Program-made: the position numbers and the translations under genes
Shown here: positions 9,833-19,299 of the stretch, piece by piece
Layout: every line of letters starts with the position of its first letter
Numbering within the stretch: position 1 is the stretch's first letter
Notes under the pieces: model-generated
Databases searched by the model: none
What the model saw: the letters and a program-made list of their open reading frames with translations, nothing else
What the model was told of the DNA's origin: nothing
Origin: Methylocaldum marinum
Lineage (GTDB): Bacteria > Pseudomonadota > Gammaproteobacteria > Methylococcales > Methylococcaceae
DNA: 32,000 nt
NCBI RefSeq assembly: GCF_003584645.1
Contig: NZ_AP017928.1
Location: 4,446,833-4,478,832 of the forward strand
Direction of reading: 5' to 3'

Positions 9833-10162
9833 GATTTATATTCATTCGAAATGCCGAATGGGATTACGTCCTTTCACTTGTATTACTCGATCTATAAATC
9901 GTCCCGGTCCATTTTGGATTATGCTGCAAATCGAAGCATTACTGCACTCCGCCTGGGCACACTATCGCGAAAGCGCTTGCCCGAATAACCCGAACCGGAC
10001 AATAAATATATTCAAATCAGCGAATTGGTGAAGCGGGTTTGGCGCCGTAAGCCTGGCACACCCTGTGCCTTTATATATACAGATATTATTACTTGGCATA
10101 ACAAGTGATCCATATCCAAGGCAAGTCTGTATTTTTGCAGCCTCGAGAAAAAGAGAATTACA

Positions 10163-11377
10163 ATGCGAACCAAAGTGGCGATACCTTTGCTGAGCGCTTT
10201 TCTGCCCGTACAAGCGGCCGTTTCTTCCGAAGACTCGGAATCCTTTATATCGAAAGGATTAGGCTTGATAAACGGCACGGTCAGAGCTTATTACGTTACC
10301 CGGCAGTTCGATTCAAAACCCGATCAGCATACCTTTTCACCCGGCGGCAGTCTGCGATTGGAAACGCCACCGCTGCACGGTGTACAGGTCGGCCTGGGTT
10401 ATTACTGGCAACATGATTTCGGTATCAGCAGCGATAAGCCCGAAAGACAGGTCGTGCCCATTTTTACCGGAAAGGATGTCGATATTCTCGGAGAGGCCTA
10501 TCTGAAATTTTCAGCCTTCGATACCGTTATCACTGCCGGGCGCCAAAAACTGACCACGCCGTTCGCGAACCCTGCGGATGCATTCCCGGTTCCCACTCTG
10601 TTCGAGGGGGTAAGCCTGATCCATAGTGTCGGCAATTTTTCGTTCGGCGGGTATTACCTCAGCAAAATCAAGGATAGGCCGAGCAATGAATTCGAGAATG
10701 TCGGGAAATTCTCGACCCGGCGATTGGGCGTGACGCCCGAGAAAACGGATGGCACCATCATCGGAAATATCGGCTATACGAACGGCGGGCTCGGGCTGGA
10801 AGGCTGGTTTTATCGGTTCTCGGACCTGTTCGACATGGGTTTGGTGCAAGCCAAATACATCACCCCGGAAATTCATGGCTTCAAGTTTTCGTTCGGTGCT
10901 CAAGGCGTGTTGCAGCAAGACCAGGGGCAAAGTTTGTTCGGGCCGATGGATAGTCTGGGCTACGGGTTTACGGTCGGTGCCGCCACGCGCCGGGTTGACC
11001 TCATATTTTCCTATAACGGCGTGGCCGATAGACCCGGCGCATTCAGAAATGGCGCGATATTGGCACCCTATAGCTATTCCAACACCACCTTGTTTACGAA
11101 CAATCTGGTCAGCTCTCCGGAAAACGCCGATTCGGGAAGCGTCTATAAAGTGGGCCTGAATTACCGGGTGGCGCCGAATTTTTCTTTTCTGCTCAGTCAC
11201 GCCGTCTTCAATTTCAATAACAAACCACATATCGCCGAAACCGATATCGATTGGAAATATGGCCTTGATCGGTTCATAAAAAACCTATCGCTTCGAAACA
11301 GGATCGGAATCATCACCTCCGAGGCCAAAAGTTCGGACATGGTGGATCTACGGGTTCAGCTCGAATATACGTTTTAG
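10163..11377 (+). CDS. Outer-membrane porin, OprD-family-like
   Basis: Signal peptide MRTKVAIPLLSAFLPVQAAVS. N-terminal GTVRAYYVTRQF resembles the OprD-family start. Alternating beta-strand pattern. Terminal ..LRVQLEYTF with C-terminal Phe. Sits in a visibly AT-richer segment. Confidence 0.75.
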   Translation: MRTKVAIPLLSAFLPVQAAVSSEDSESFISKGLGLINGTVRAYYVTRQFDSKPDQHTFSPGGSLRLETPPLHGVQVGLGYYWQHDFGISSDKPERQVVPIFTGKDVDILGEAYLKFSAFDTVITAGRQKLTTPFANPADAFPVPTLFEGVSLIHSVGNFSFGGYYLSKIKDRPSNEFENVGKFSTRRLGVTPEKTDGTIIGNIGYTNGGLGLEGWFYRFSDLFDMGLVQAKYITPEIHGFKFSFGAQGVLQQDQGQSLFGPMDSLGYGFTVGAATRRVDLIFSYNGVADRPGAFRNGAILAPYSYSNTTLFTNNLVSSPENADSGSVYKVGLNYRVAPNFSFLLSHAVFNFNNKPHIAETDIDWKYGLDRFIKNLSLRNRIGIITSEAKSSDMVDLRVQLEYTF

Positions 11378-11540
11378 CACACTGTGTCGCGAAACAAATC
11401 GAGAATACCTTGATTCAGACGATGTTTTAAAACCAAGAACAAACCCGCTCGATAACTTTTTCGTTACTTCGGCTAGTGATGCTGTAGCAAGCCCATCATA
11501 TATTCCCATAATTTCAAGATTTATTTGCAGAGAATGAAGT

Positions 11541-14500
11541 ATGAAACATACCTCCGATGACTCGGTCAGCCCAACTTTTGTCCCGAATCCCGCGAGCCTG
11601 TCCGACACGCTGGGTATTCCTCCCTACCGTTACCGCGACCTGCATGATCCCGAACGATTGAATGATCTGATGCGAAGCTTCGATACCCGGGTGTGTGAGC
11701 AGGATTCCGAGCTGTTCGGCGAGTTCCGGGAATATCGGGCCTGTGCCGGCGAGGGTATGGCGCCGGAGCGGATCTCGGAGCTTCTGGTAAGAATGGCGCC
11801 CTGGGTGGGTGATTTCCTTGCGCGGCTGTTCGATGTCGTCGCCATTCGGGAACGGCAAATCGAGGCCGTCCGCGGGGAGTTCGACAGCGTGTTCGTCTAC
11901 CGGGACCACATTCTGGGCAAACTGCCGGTCCGATTCAAAAGCGAAACGCCGGAGCAGTGGGATATCGGCTCGGTGTGCCGGCGTTTCGATACCATGCTCG
12001 CGGCCGCGGGCGATGCCGAACGGCTGGCGAAGGACGCCGAGGGCGCGGTGAGCGAGCTGGCCGCGCGGCTGTGGCGGCTTTCACAGCACTATGAAGCGGT
12101 CGCCGCGGGTAAAGCGGAGACCTGCGCCACGGCCGATACCGGTGTCGCCGCGCTGCGGGAGAAACTGGCCGCTTCGCCGCGGGCCGCGAGCCTGCTCGCC
12201 GATGTTCTCGGCGAGGCGAGCGCGGGGGAATTCGTCGGCGGCCTGCTGGAGGTGGTCTGCCGCTGGAGCTACGCCGCCGCTCGGGTGCCGGACCTAAAAC
12301 CGCAAGTGGCGGGTTGGGTCAGTTTCAAAACCCCCGCCAAAACCGATTTCAATCACCTGGTGGAACACGCCGACCGCGCCGAGAGCGGCTATACGGTGTG
12401 GACCGCGCCGCCGGGTCATCACCGCCGGCGCGACGGCTTCGCCCTGACCGATCCGGGCTTCGGCCGGCGGCGGGTCTTATACGAGGTCGATCATTGCATT
12501 CACTGCCACGACCGAGACGCCGATTCGTGCGCCAAGGGCATGCGCAACAAGAAGGACGGCAGCTACAAGACCAATCCCTTGGGCCAGGACATCACCGGTT
12601 GTCCGCTGGAAGAAAAGATTTCCGAAATGCAGTGGCTCAAGCGCCGGGGCGACAATATCGCCGCGCTGGCTCTCATCGTCATCGACAATCCGATGTGCCC
12701 CGGCACCGGCCATCGCATCTGCAACGATTGCATGAAGGCCTGCATTTATCAGAAAACCGAGCCGGTGGACATTCCGCAGGTGGAAACCAGCGTGCTCACC
12801 GACGTGCTGTTCATGCCCTGGGGTTTCGAGATCTACAGCCTTCTGACCCGCTGGAACCCGCTCAACGTCAGGCGTCCGTGCGCCTTGCCCTACAACGGCA
12901 AGAACGTGTTGGTCGCGGGCATGGGCCCGGCCGGCTACACCCTGTCCCATTATCTGTTGAACGAGGGCTTCGGGGTCGTGGGTATCGACGGGCTCAAGAT
13001 CGAGCCGCTGCCCCGGGAACTGACCGGCGACGGGCAAACGCCGCCGCGGCCGATCCGCGATTTTCGTGAACTCTACGAGGATCTGGACAAGCGCGTCATG
13101 CTGGGCTTCGGCGGCGTCGCCGAATACGGCATCACCGTGCGCTGGGATAAAAACTTTCTCAAGGTCATCTATTTGAACCTGCTGAGGCGCAAGGCTTTCC
13201 GTTGTTACGGCGGGGTACGCTTCGGCGGCACGCTGACGGTCGACGACGCCTGGGCGCTGGGCTTCGACCATATCGCCATCGCTTCCGGCGCCGGCAAGCC
13301 CACCGTGATCGACCTCAAGAACAATCTCGCGCGCGGTATTCGCAAGGCCTCGGATTTTCTCATGGCGCTCCAACTCACCGGCGCGGCCAAGGCATCCAGC
13401 CTGGCCAATCTGCAGGTGCGCCTGCCCGCCGGGGTCGTCGGCGGCGGGCTCACTGCCATCGATACCGCGACGGAGCTGCTGGCCTATTATCCGGTGCAGG
13501 TCAGCAAAATCCTTCATCGTTACGAAAAACTCGCGTCGGTCTACGGCGAGGAAACCGTGCGCGCCCGCTACGACCGGGAGGAACTCGCCATTCTCGACGA
13601 ATTCCTGGCTCATGGCCGGGTGATCCAGCAGGAGCGTGAACGCGCCGCGAGCGCCGGGGAGACGCCGGACTTCCTGCCCTTGCTGGAGCAGTGGGGCGGG
13701 GTGACGCTTTACTACCGCAAGGGCATCAAGGATTCCCCGGCCTACCGCCAGAACCACGAGGAGGTCGCCAAAGCCCTGGAAGAAGGGATACGCCTGGCCG
13801 AGGGTATGAACCCCGTCGAAGCGGTGGAGGATGGCTACGGCCATCTCGCCGGCGTGCGTTTCGAAAAGTTCGAGCAGCAGGACGGCAAATGGTGCAAGCA
13901 GGCGGAAATAGCGGTGCCCCTGCGCAGTCTCTTCGTTGCCGCCGGCACGTCCCCGAACACCATCTACGAATCGGAACATCCCGACACCTTCGAGATGGAT
14001 GGAAAGTTTTATCAACGCTTCGAGCCCAATTGGAGCCCTCACCCCGGCCCTCTCGAACCCTCACCCCAAACCCGTCTCCCAAAGGGAGACGGGTTCAATA
14101 GTTCCCTTCTCCCTCTGGGAGAAGGGGTAGGGATGAGGGAGGGAGAGGGAGTTCCTTTGTTGAAACCGATTGACGACACCGCCATTCCCAAAATCGGCAA
14201 ACCGGCGCCGTTTACCTCGTACCGGCGCCACGGCAGGTTCATCACCTTCTACGGCGACAACCACCCGGTTTATGCCGGCAATGTGGTCAGGGCCATGGCC
14301 AGCGCCAAGGATGGGTATCCGTATATCGTCAAGCTCTTCGAAAACCATCTGGCCGCCCTCGATCCCGCCGCACAGGGCGCGCGCGATGCGGCATTGGCGG
14401 CATTCCAGCGCAACCTGGACGACGCCTTGATCGGCCGCATCGTCGGCGTCGGCCGCCTGACGCCCACCATCATCGAAGTGGTGGTTCGCGCTCCCATGGC

Positions 14501-15461
14501 GGCGAGCCAATTCGCGCCCGGCCAGTTTTACCGGGTACAGAACTTCGAAACCCTGGCTCCCGTGGCGGAAGGCACGGTGCTGGCCTCGGAAGGGATGGCC
14601 CTGACCGGCGCCTGGGTCGACAAGAGCCGCGGGCTGATCTCCCTCATCGCACTGGAAATGGGCAGTTCCACCCGATTGTGCGCCACCTGGCGGCCGGGCG
14701 ATCCCATCGTGGTGATGGGCGTCACCGGCGCGCCCACCGACATACCTTCCGGCCGGACCGTGCTGCTGGCCGGCGGCGGGCTCGGCAACGCGGTGCTGTT
14801 CTCCATCGGCAAGGCTCTGCGCGCCGCGGGCAACCGCGTGATTTATTTTGCCGGCTACCGCAACCGCGAGGACCTGTTCAAGACGGAGGACATCGAAGCC
14901 GCCTCCGATCTCACCGTCTGGACGGTGGACAAGCGTCCGGGCAACGCTCCCATTCCGGTTACCCGGCCCCGGGACAAGAGCTTCGTCGGCAATATCGTCG
15001 AGGCGATGCTCGCCTATGGCCGGGGAGAACTGGGGGAGACGCCGATTCGGCTCGATCAGGTGGAGCATATGATCGTCATCGGTTCCGACCGCATGATGGC
15101 GGCGGTGAAGGAAGCCCGCCACGGCGTTCTCGAACCCTATCTCAAGGCCTGCCGCGAACTCGTGGGTTCCATCAATTCGCCCATGCAGTGCATGATGAAA
15201 GGGGTGTGCGCCCAATGCCTGTGCAAGCACGTGGACCCCGAAACCGGCAAGGCGTGTTTCGTCTACACCTGCAATAACCAGGATCAGGCCTTGGACCGGG
15301 TTGATTTCGCCAACCTCGGCGCACGTTTGCGGCAGAATTCGGTGCAGGAAAAACTGTCCGCGCTATGGCTCGATCATGTGCTGGAACGGCAGGCGTCCGC
15401 GGCCGGCGCAAAGGAAGAGCGGGCCTGCGCCGCTGGGGCAGCGGCGGGTTTGGAACAATGA
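11541..15461 (+). CDS. Large fused iron-sulfur flavoprotein: unknown N-terminal ~330 aa, then GltD/NfnB-like oxidoreductase, then PyrK/NfnA-like ferredoxin-reductase module
   Basis: Cys clusters CIHCHDRDADSC, GCPLEEKI and CPGTGHRICNDCMKACIY. Rossmann motifs VLVAGMGPAGYT and VVGGGLTAIDTA. PyrK-like FAPGQFYRV, LLAGGGLGNAVLFSIG and the 2Fe-2S motif CMMKGVCAQCLCKH...CNNQD. Confidence 0.85.
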   Translation: MKHTSDDSVSPTFVPNPASLSDTLGIPPYRYRDLHDPERLNDLMRSFDTRVCEQDSELFGEFREYRACAGEGMAPERISELLVRMAPWVGDFLARLFDVVAIRERQIEAVRGEFDSVFVYRDHILGKLPVRFKSETPEQWDIGSVCRRFDTMLAAAGDAERLAKDAEGAVSELAARLWRLSQHYEAVAAGKAETCATADTGVAALREKLAASPRAASLLADVLGEASAGEFVGGLLEVVCRWSYAAARVPDLKPQVAGWVSFKTPAKTDFNHLVEHADRAESGYTVWTAPPGHHRRRDGFALTDPGFGRRRVLYEVDHCIHCHDRDADSCAKGMRNKKDGSYKTNPLGQDITGCPLEEKISEMQWLKRRGDNIAALALIVIDNPMCPGTGHRICNDCMKACIYQKTEPVDIPQVETSVLTDVLFMPWGFEIYSLLTRWNPLNVRRPCALPYNGKNVLVAGMGPAGYTLSHYLLNEGFGVVGIDGLKIEPLPRELTGDGQTPPRPIRDFRELYEDLDKRVMLGFGGVAEYGITVRWDKNFLKVIYLNLLRRKAFRCYGGVRFGGTLTVDDAWALGFDHIAIASGAGKPTVIDLKNNLARGIRKASDFLMALQLTGAAKASSLANLQVRLPAGVVGGGLTAIDTATELLAYYPVQVSKILHRYEKLASVYGEETVRARYDREELAILDEFLAHGRVIQQERERAASAGETPDFLPLLEQWGGVTLYYRKGIKDSPAYRQNHEEVAKALEEGIRLAEGMNPVEAVEDGYGHLAGVRFEKFEQQDGKWCKQAEIAVPLRSLFVAAGTSPNTIYESEHPDTFEMDGKFYQRFEPNWSPHPGPLEPSPQTRLPKGDGFNSSLLPLGEGVGMREGEGVPLLKPIDDTAIPKIGKPAPFTSYRRHGRFITFYGDNHPVYAGNVVRAMASAKDGYPYIVKLFENHLAALDPAAQGARDAALAAFQRNLDDALIGRIVGVGRLTPTIIEVVVRAPMAASQFAPGQFYRVQNFETLAPVAEGTVLASEGMALTGAWVDKSRGLISLIALEMGSSTRLCATWRPGDPIVVMGVTGAPTDIPSGRTVLLAGGGLGNAVLFSIGKALRAAGNRVIYFAGYRNREDLFKTEDIEAASDLTVWTVDKRPGNAPIPVTRPRDKSFVGNIVEAMLAYGRGELGETPIRLDQVEHMIVIGSDRMMAAVKEARHGVLEPYLKACRELVGSINSPMQCMMKGVCAQCLCKHVDPETGKACFVYTCNNQDQALDRVDFANLGARLRQNSVQEKLSALWLDHVLERQASAAGAKEERACAAGAAAGLEQ
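14040..14160. repeat. Palindromic REP-like element embedded in frame inside the 1306-aa CDS
   Basis: Two perfect hairpins: aacccgtctccc-aaa-gggagacgggtt and cccttctccc-tct-gggagaaggg. Flanked by ccctcacccc / ggggtagggatgaggg. Translates to PLEPSPQTRLPKGDGFNSSLLPLGEGVGMREGEGV without stops. Confidence 0.75.
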
Positions 15462-15720
15462 AGAACCGGGGGTGAGCGGGACCGGTCCCGGCGGCGTGCA
15501 ACCAAATTGCAACATTCCATTGTTACAGTTTGGGGCGAGTCAACGCCCGAGCAACGCTTAGAACAAACCAGGGCAGTTTAGGACGCTCTGATTCGATCCT
15601 TCGACAGGCTCGGGACGAACGGAACCAACTTAAATCAGAGCTCCCCCTAACGGACAGACAGGTTTCGCAAGCCCGGAAATGGCCGTTGACCGCCTGGATG
15701 GACTCAAAAAATCTGACGAA

Positions 15721-17412
15721 ATGAGCACGAACCTTGCCCTTTACTCCCTGGCCGCGGCCGTGGCTGCCGGGACTCTGCCGACATTGAAGCTGCGCCTCGA
15801 GCTTTCCAGGGCCAAGCATCCCTCCCTGGCGGGGCATTCCAACCTATCGCGGCGCATCGCCCGATGGGTACCGTACTATGACTACGGCGAAGAGCATTTC
15901 TTCCGCTGCGATGGCGCTCCGGAACCCATTGCCGCACAACGGCGTGCCGGATTCATGCGGCTTGGCGAGCGCTTGCGGGAATGCTCGCCGCGTACGTTGG
16001 CTTTGGGCGAGTCCGCCGTGAACGCCATCTCGGACATGCAGTTTACCTCCGCTTACCGGGTACCCTTTCAATTCAGGCGCCTGGTCCGCGAACACCTGAA
16101 GACCGGCGCCTTCGTGCAATCGTCTTCCGGGGTTACGCTCACCGATCCGGACGGCAAGGTTTCCTACGATCTCGCAGGGTCCTACGGCGTCAACCTGTTC
16201 GGTTACGATTTTTACAAGGATTGCATGCGGCGCGCCGGAGAGCGCGTGCATGAGCTGGGACCGGTGCTGGGTCTTTATCATCCCGTGATCCTGGCCAATG
16301 TCGAACGGCTGAAAACCATTTCCGGGCTCGACGAAGTATCGTTCCACATGTCGGGCACCGAAGCGGTGATGCAGGCTGTGCGGCTGGCCCGGTATCATAC
16401 CGGACGACCTTATCTGGTGCGGTTTTGCGGCGCCTACCACGGCTGGTGGGGCGACGTGCAGCCCGGCGTCGGCAATCCGCTGCCGGCGCACGAAACCTAC
16501 ACGCTGAAAGACATGGACGAGGCCACGCTGCGGGTGCTGCGCAAACGCAGGGACATCGCCTGCGTACTGGTGAACCCCTTGCAGGCGCTGCACCCGAATG
16601 CGGGCGCCCCGGGCGACGGAACCCTGATCGACAGCAGCCGCTCCGCCGGTTTCGACCGCGCCGCATACACCGACTGGCTGCAGCGGCTGCGCGCGGTATG
16701 CAGCGAACGGGGCATCGTGCTGATCTTCGACGAGGTGTTCACCGGCTTCCGCCTGGCGCCGGGAGGTGCCCAGGACTATTTCGGCATTCGCGCCGATTTG
16801 GTCACCTACGGCAAGAGCCTGGGCGGCGGTCTGCCGGTCGGCGTCGTCTGCGGCCGCAAGGACTTGATGAAGCGCTTTCGCGACGACCGTCCCACCGATA
16901 TCTGCTTCGCCCGGGGCACGTTCAATTCCCATCCTTATGTGATGGCGGCCATGGATGAGTTCCTGACGGCGCTCGACAAACCCGAGATCCGCGAACTCTA
17001 CCGAGACCTGGATCAGGTGTGGAACGCCAGGGCCGAACGCTTGAACCGGAGGCTGAACGAACTGGATCTTCCGGTACGGGTCGCCGATCTTTCGTCCGTC
17101 TGGACCGTCCTGTATACCCGGCCGTCCCGCTATAACTGGATGTTTCAGTATTATTTGCGCGCACGGGAGCTGACCCTGAGCTGGGTCGGAACCGGACGCT
17201 TCATCTTCAGCCTCAACTACACCGAGGCCGATTTCGAAGCGGTGGCCGAGCGCTTCGTGGCGGCGGCCGCGGACATGCAACAGGACGGATGGTGGTGGTC
17301 GGGGGATGGACTGACCAACAAGTCCATCAGGCGGCAGGTTCTTCGCGAAATGATCGCCCGGCGTTTCGGTTTGCGCCAGGCGGATGCCGGGTTCCGTCAA
17401 GAGCAGTCGTAG
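15721..17412 (+). CDS. Class-III (PLP-dependent) aminotransferase, glutamate-1-semialdehyde aminomutase-like, with long N-terminal extension
   Basis: SFHMSGTEAVMQAVRLAR, AYHGWWG, LIFDEVFTGFRLAPGG and TYGKSLGGGLPVG (PLP lysine) are typical class-III motifs. Start taken at ATG 15721; the ORF is open from 15679. Confidence 0.85.
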   Translation: MSTNLALYSLAAAVAAGTLPTLKLRLELSRAKHPSLAGHSNLSRRIARWVPYYDYGEEHFFRCDGAPEPIAAQRRAGFMRLGERLRECSPRTLALGESAVNAISDMQFTSAYRVPFQFRRLVREHLKTGAFVQSSSGVTLTDPDGKVSYDLAGSYGVNLFGYDFYKDCMRRAGERVHELGPVLGLYHPVILANVERLKTISGLDEVSFHMSGTEAVMQAVRLARYHTGRPYLVRFCGAYHGWWGDVQPGVGNPLPAHETYTLKDMDEATLRVLRKRRDIACVLVNPLQALHPNAGAPGDGTLIDSSRSAGFDRAAYTDWLQRLRAVCSERGIVLIFDEVFTGFRLAPGGAQDYFGIRADLVTYGKSLGGGLPVGVVCGRKDLMKRFRDDRPTDICFARGTFNSHPYVMAAMDEFLTALDKPEIRELYRDLDQVWNARAERLNRRLNELDLPVRVADLSSVWTVLYTRPSRYNWMFQYYLRARELTLSWVGTGRFIFSLNYTEADFEAVAERFVAAAADMQQDGWWWSGDGLTNKSIRRQVLREMIARRFGLRQADAGFRQEQS

Positions 17413-17467
17413 GTCGGCAATCCTTTGCCGCTGCCGGTTGCGGTCCGGAGGCAACGAAGCTCGAGTC

Positions 17468-18133
17468 CTAGCGGAGCTCGAGCGTGTTGTCCCGATCGTC
17501 ACTCTCCGGCGCCATGGGGTCGATGAGTTGCCCCCGGAGCAGACAAATGGGGGACTTGTAGTAGAGCTTGATGTCGTGAAACGGGTCGGTCAGGATTTTG
17601 GTCAGCCAGACCAGCCCGGTCTGGACATCCCTCACGAAGAACAACTGCACGGTTCGGAACAGCAAGCCGCCGACGCCGATGGCCAGCCATAACAAGCCCA
17701 GGCGATTCAGGAATTCCCCGTCGGCGGGATCGGAGTCGAACAGCCCCAATAGCGTCGGGTCCAGGTAAAGAGCGATCGGGGAGAGCCCCCAGATGGCCAT
17801 GAGGACTACCTTCCGCTCGAGGTTATAGCCCACCTTGACCTGTTCCTTGTACTCGTGGGTCGCCTGATTGACGACGTCGTATCCCTTCGGTTCGAAGAAG
17901 AAGTGGCCGGTCTGGCGGGTAAGCATGGCGAACAGCCACCCGATGAGCGCCGCCGCCACCGGATCGGTGAACAACAAGGCGTAAGCGCACAGGAAGCTCA
18001 GTGCGCTGACGAAATGCAGCGACTGGTTTATGCGGCTGTGATGATAGTAACGGTGATCGTCCCAACGCTGTATTTCCAGAGCTTTAAGAAAACCGTGCAT
18101 AGATCCCCCAATGAGTAGCGCAAAAAAAAGCAC
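17468..18133 (-). CDS. Integral membrane protein, possibly Mpo1/DUF962-like
   Basis: 4-5 hydrophobic helices. His-rich motif YYHHSRINQSLHF is reminiscent of DUF962. The more likely start is ATG at 18100 (MHGFLKAL), which has GGGGGA 5 nt upstream. Confidence 0.6.
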   Translation of the reverse strand: MLFFALLIGGSMHGFLKALEIQRWDDHRYYHHSRINQSLHFVSALSFLCAYALLFTDPVAAALIGWLFAMLTRQTGHFFFEPKGYDVVNQATHEYKEQVKVGYNLERKVVLMAIWGLSPIALYLDPTLLGLFDSDPADGEFLNRLGLLWLAIGVGGLLFRTVQLFFVRDVQTGLVWLTKILTDPFHDIKLYYKSPICLLRGQLIDPMAPESDDRDNTLELR

Positions 18134-18428
18134 GGCGGTATCCGTGCGGTGATGGAGTCAACGAACAGCGCCGTGCAGCCGAGAGAAAGAGGCAACGCGA
18201 AAAGTCCGAAACCTCGAGATGGAAACAGCATCCAGGCTGCCGCAGTATTTCGAGTCGGCCGATCATGCGATGCGAATCCATCCGATTAGCATAAGAGTCG
18301 AGTGTTACAGATTTATTTAGCGAAATATTTTGACCGAACGATGACAACCGGACGTACGGATAAATTCCGTAGTCGTTCCGTGCACGCTGTTCCACGCATC
18401 ACTCCGGCCGTACGAGGACCCCAGAACG

Positions 18429-19295
18429 ATGGCATTACGCTCGCTGATCGCACAGATTTCCCGGCAGGAAGACATCAACTTTCTCCTGACCAATCGGATT
18501 CCGCGCCAGTTGCTCACGCGGTTCATGGGATGGTTCAGCCGGATCGAGCATCCTTGGGTTTGCCGTTTATCCATAGGCTTGTGGCGGCTGTTTGCCCCGC
18601 TCGATCTGAGCGAGGCCAAGAAATCCGAGTTCCGCAGCCTGCATGAATGCTTCACTCGCGAGCTCAGGGAAGGCGCCCGCCCGGTCGACGACGACCCGGG
18701 CGTCCTGGTGAGTCCCTGCGATGCCATCATCGGCGCGCACGGCGCCATCGAAGACGCCACCCTGTTTCAGGCCAAGGGCTTTCCTTACGCGTTGAAGGAT
18801 CTGGTTCACGATGCGGAGCTGGTGAGCCGGTACCGCGACGGCTATTACGTGACCTTGCGGCTCACTTCCAGCATGTACCATCGGTTCCACGCGCCGTATG
18901 ACTGCGAAATCGATCGGGTCACCTACATCTCGGGGGACACCTGGAACGTCAATCCGATCGCCCTCAGGCGGATAGAGGAACTCTTCTGCAAGAACGAGCG
19001 CGCCGTACTGCGGACGCGCCTGAGCCGAGGCGATCACATCATCGCCCTGGTGCCGGTTGCCGCCGTGCTCGTCGCCAGCATACGGCTGCATTTCCTGGAT
19101 GTTCTATTGCATCTCAAGTACCGGGGACCCAACGTGATTCCGTGCCGGGCGTCGTTTCGCAAAGGGGACGAAATAGGCTGGTTTCAGCACGGTTCGACGA
19201 TCATCGTCCTGGCGCCCGAAGGATTCGTGCTCTGCCCGCAATGGGAACCGGGCGCGATTATCCGCATGGGGCAAGGGCTGCTGCGGATTCCCTGA
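18429..19295 (+). CDS. psd: Phosphatidylserine decarboxylase proenzyme
   Basis: LTNRIPRQLLTRFMGWF, VSPCDA, RLTSSMYHRFHAP and the self-cleavage motif in FQHGSTIIVL. Confidence 0.9.
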   Translation: MALRSLIAQISRQEDINFLLTNRIPRQLLTRFMGWFSRIEHPWVCRLSIGLWRLFAPLDLSEAKKSEFRSLHECFTRELREGARPVDDDPGVLVSPCDAIIGAHGAIEDATLFQAKGFPYALKDLVHDAELVSRYRDGYYVTLRLTSSMYHRFHAPYDCEIDRVTYISGDTWNVNPIALRRIEELFCKNERAVLRTRLSRGDHIIALVPVAAVLVASIRLHFLDVLLHLKYRGPNVIPCRASFRKGDEIGWFQHGSTIIVLAPEGFVLCPQWEPGAIIRMGQGLLRIP

Positions 19296-19299
19296 AGGC

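Noticed and set aside
9560-10160. Small ORFs in the REP/AT-rich gap (9526-9774, 9705-10031, 9803-9988, 9962-10213, 10012-10278), plus 11348-11608 and 18084-18395.
   Set aside because: They overlap REP elements or neighbouring gene starts. They lack an RBS or any motif, and their composition is atypical, so they are probably non-coding.
15477-15490. 14-bp perfect palindrome cgggaccggtcccg just after the 1306-aa gene, considered as a terminator.
   Set aside because: It has no loop and no downstream T-tract, so it is not supportable as an intrinsic terminator from sequence alone.
15493-15515. Possible sigma-54 promoter (ggcgtgcaaccaaattgcaac) upstream of the aminotransferase.
   Set aside because: The GG to GC spacing is about 16 nt instead of the required 12, so it does not fit TGGCAC-N5-TTGCA.
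65-17502. Large antisense ORFs opposite well-supported genes (65-1033, 2348-3235, 3938-4789, 4705-6561, 6573-7808, 6796-8151, 12477-14042, 14061-15230 and 15844-17502 on the minus strand, plus alternative-frame plus-strand ORFs).
   Set aside because: Each is fully overlapped by a gene with clear family motifs. Their sequences are Arg/Gly/Ala/Pro-rich with no motifs. This is typical high-GC shadow reading.
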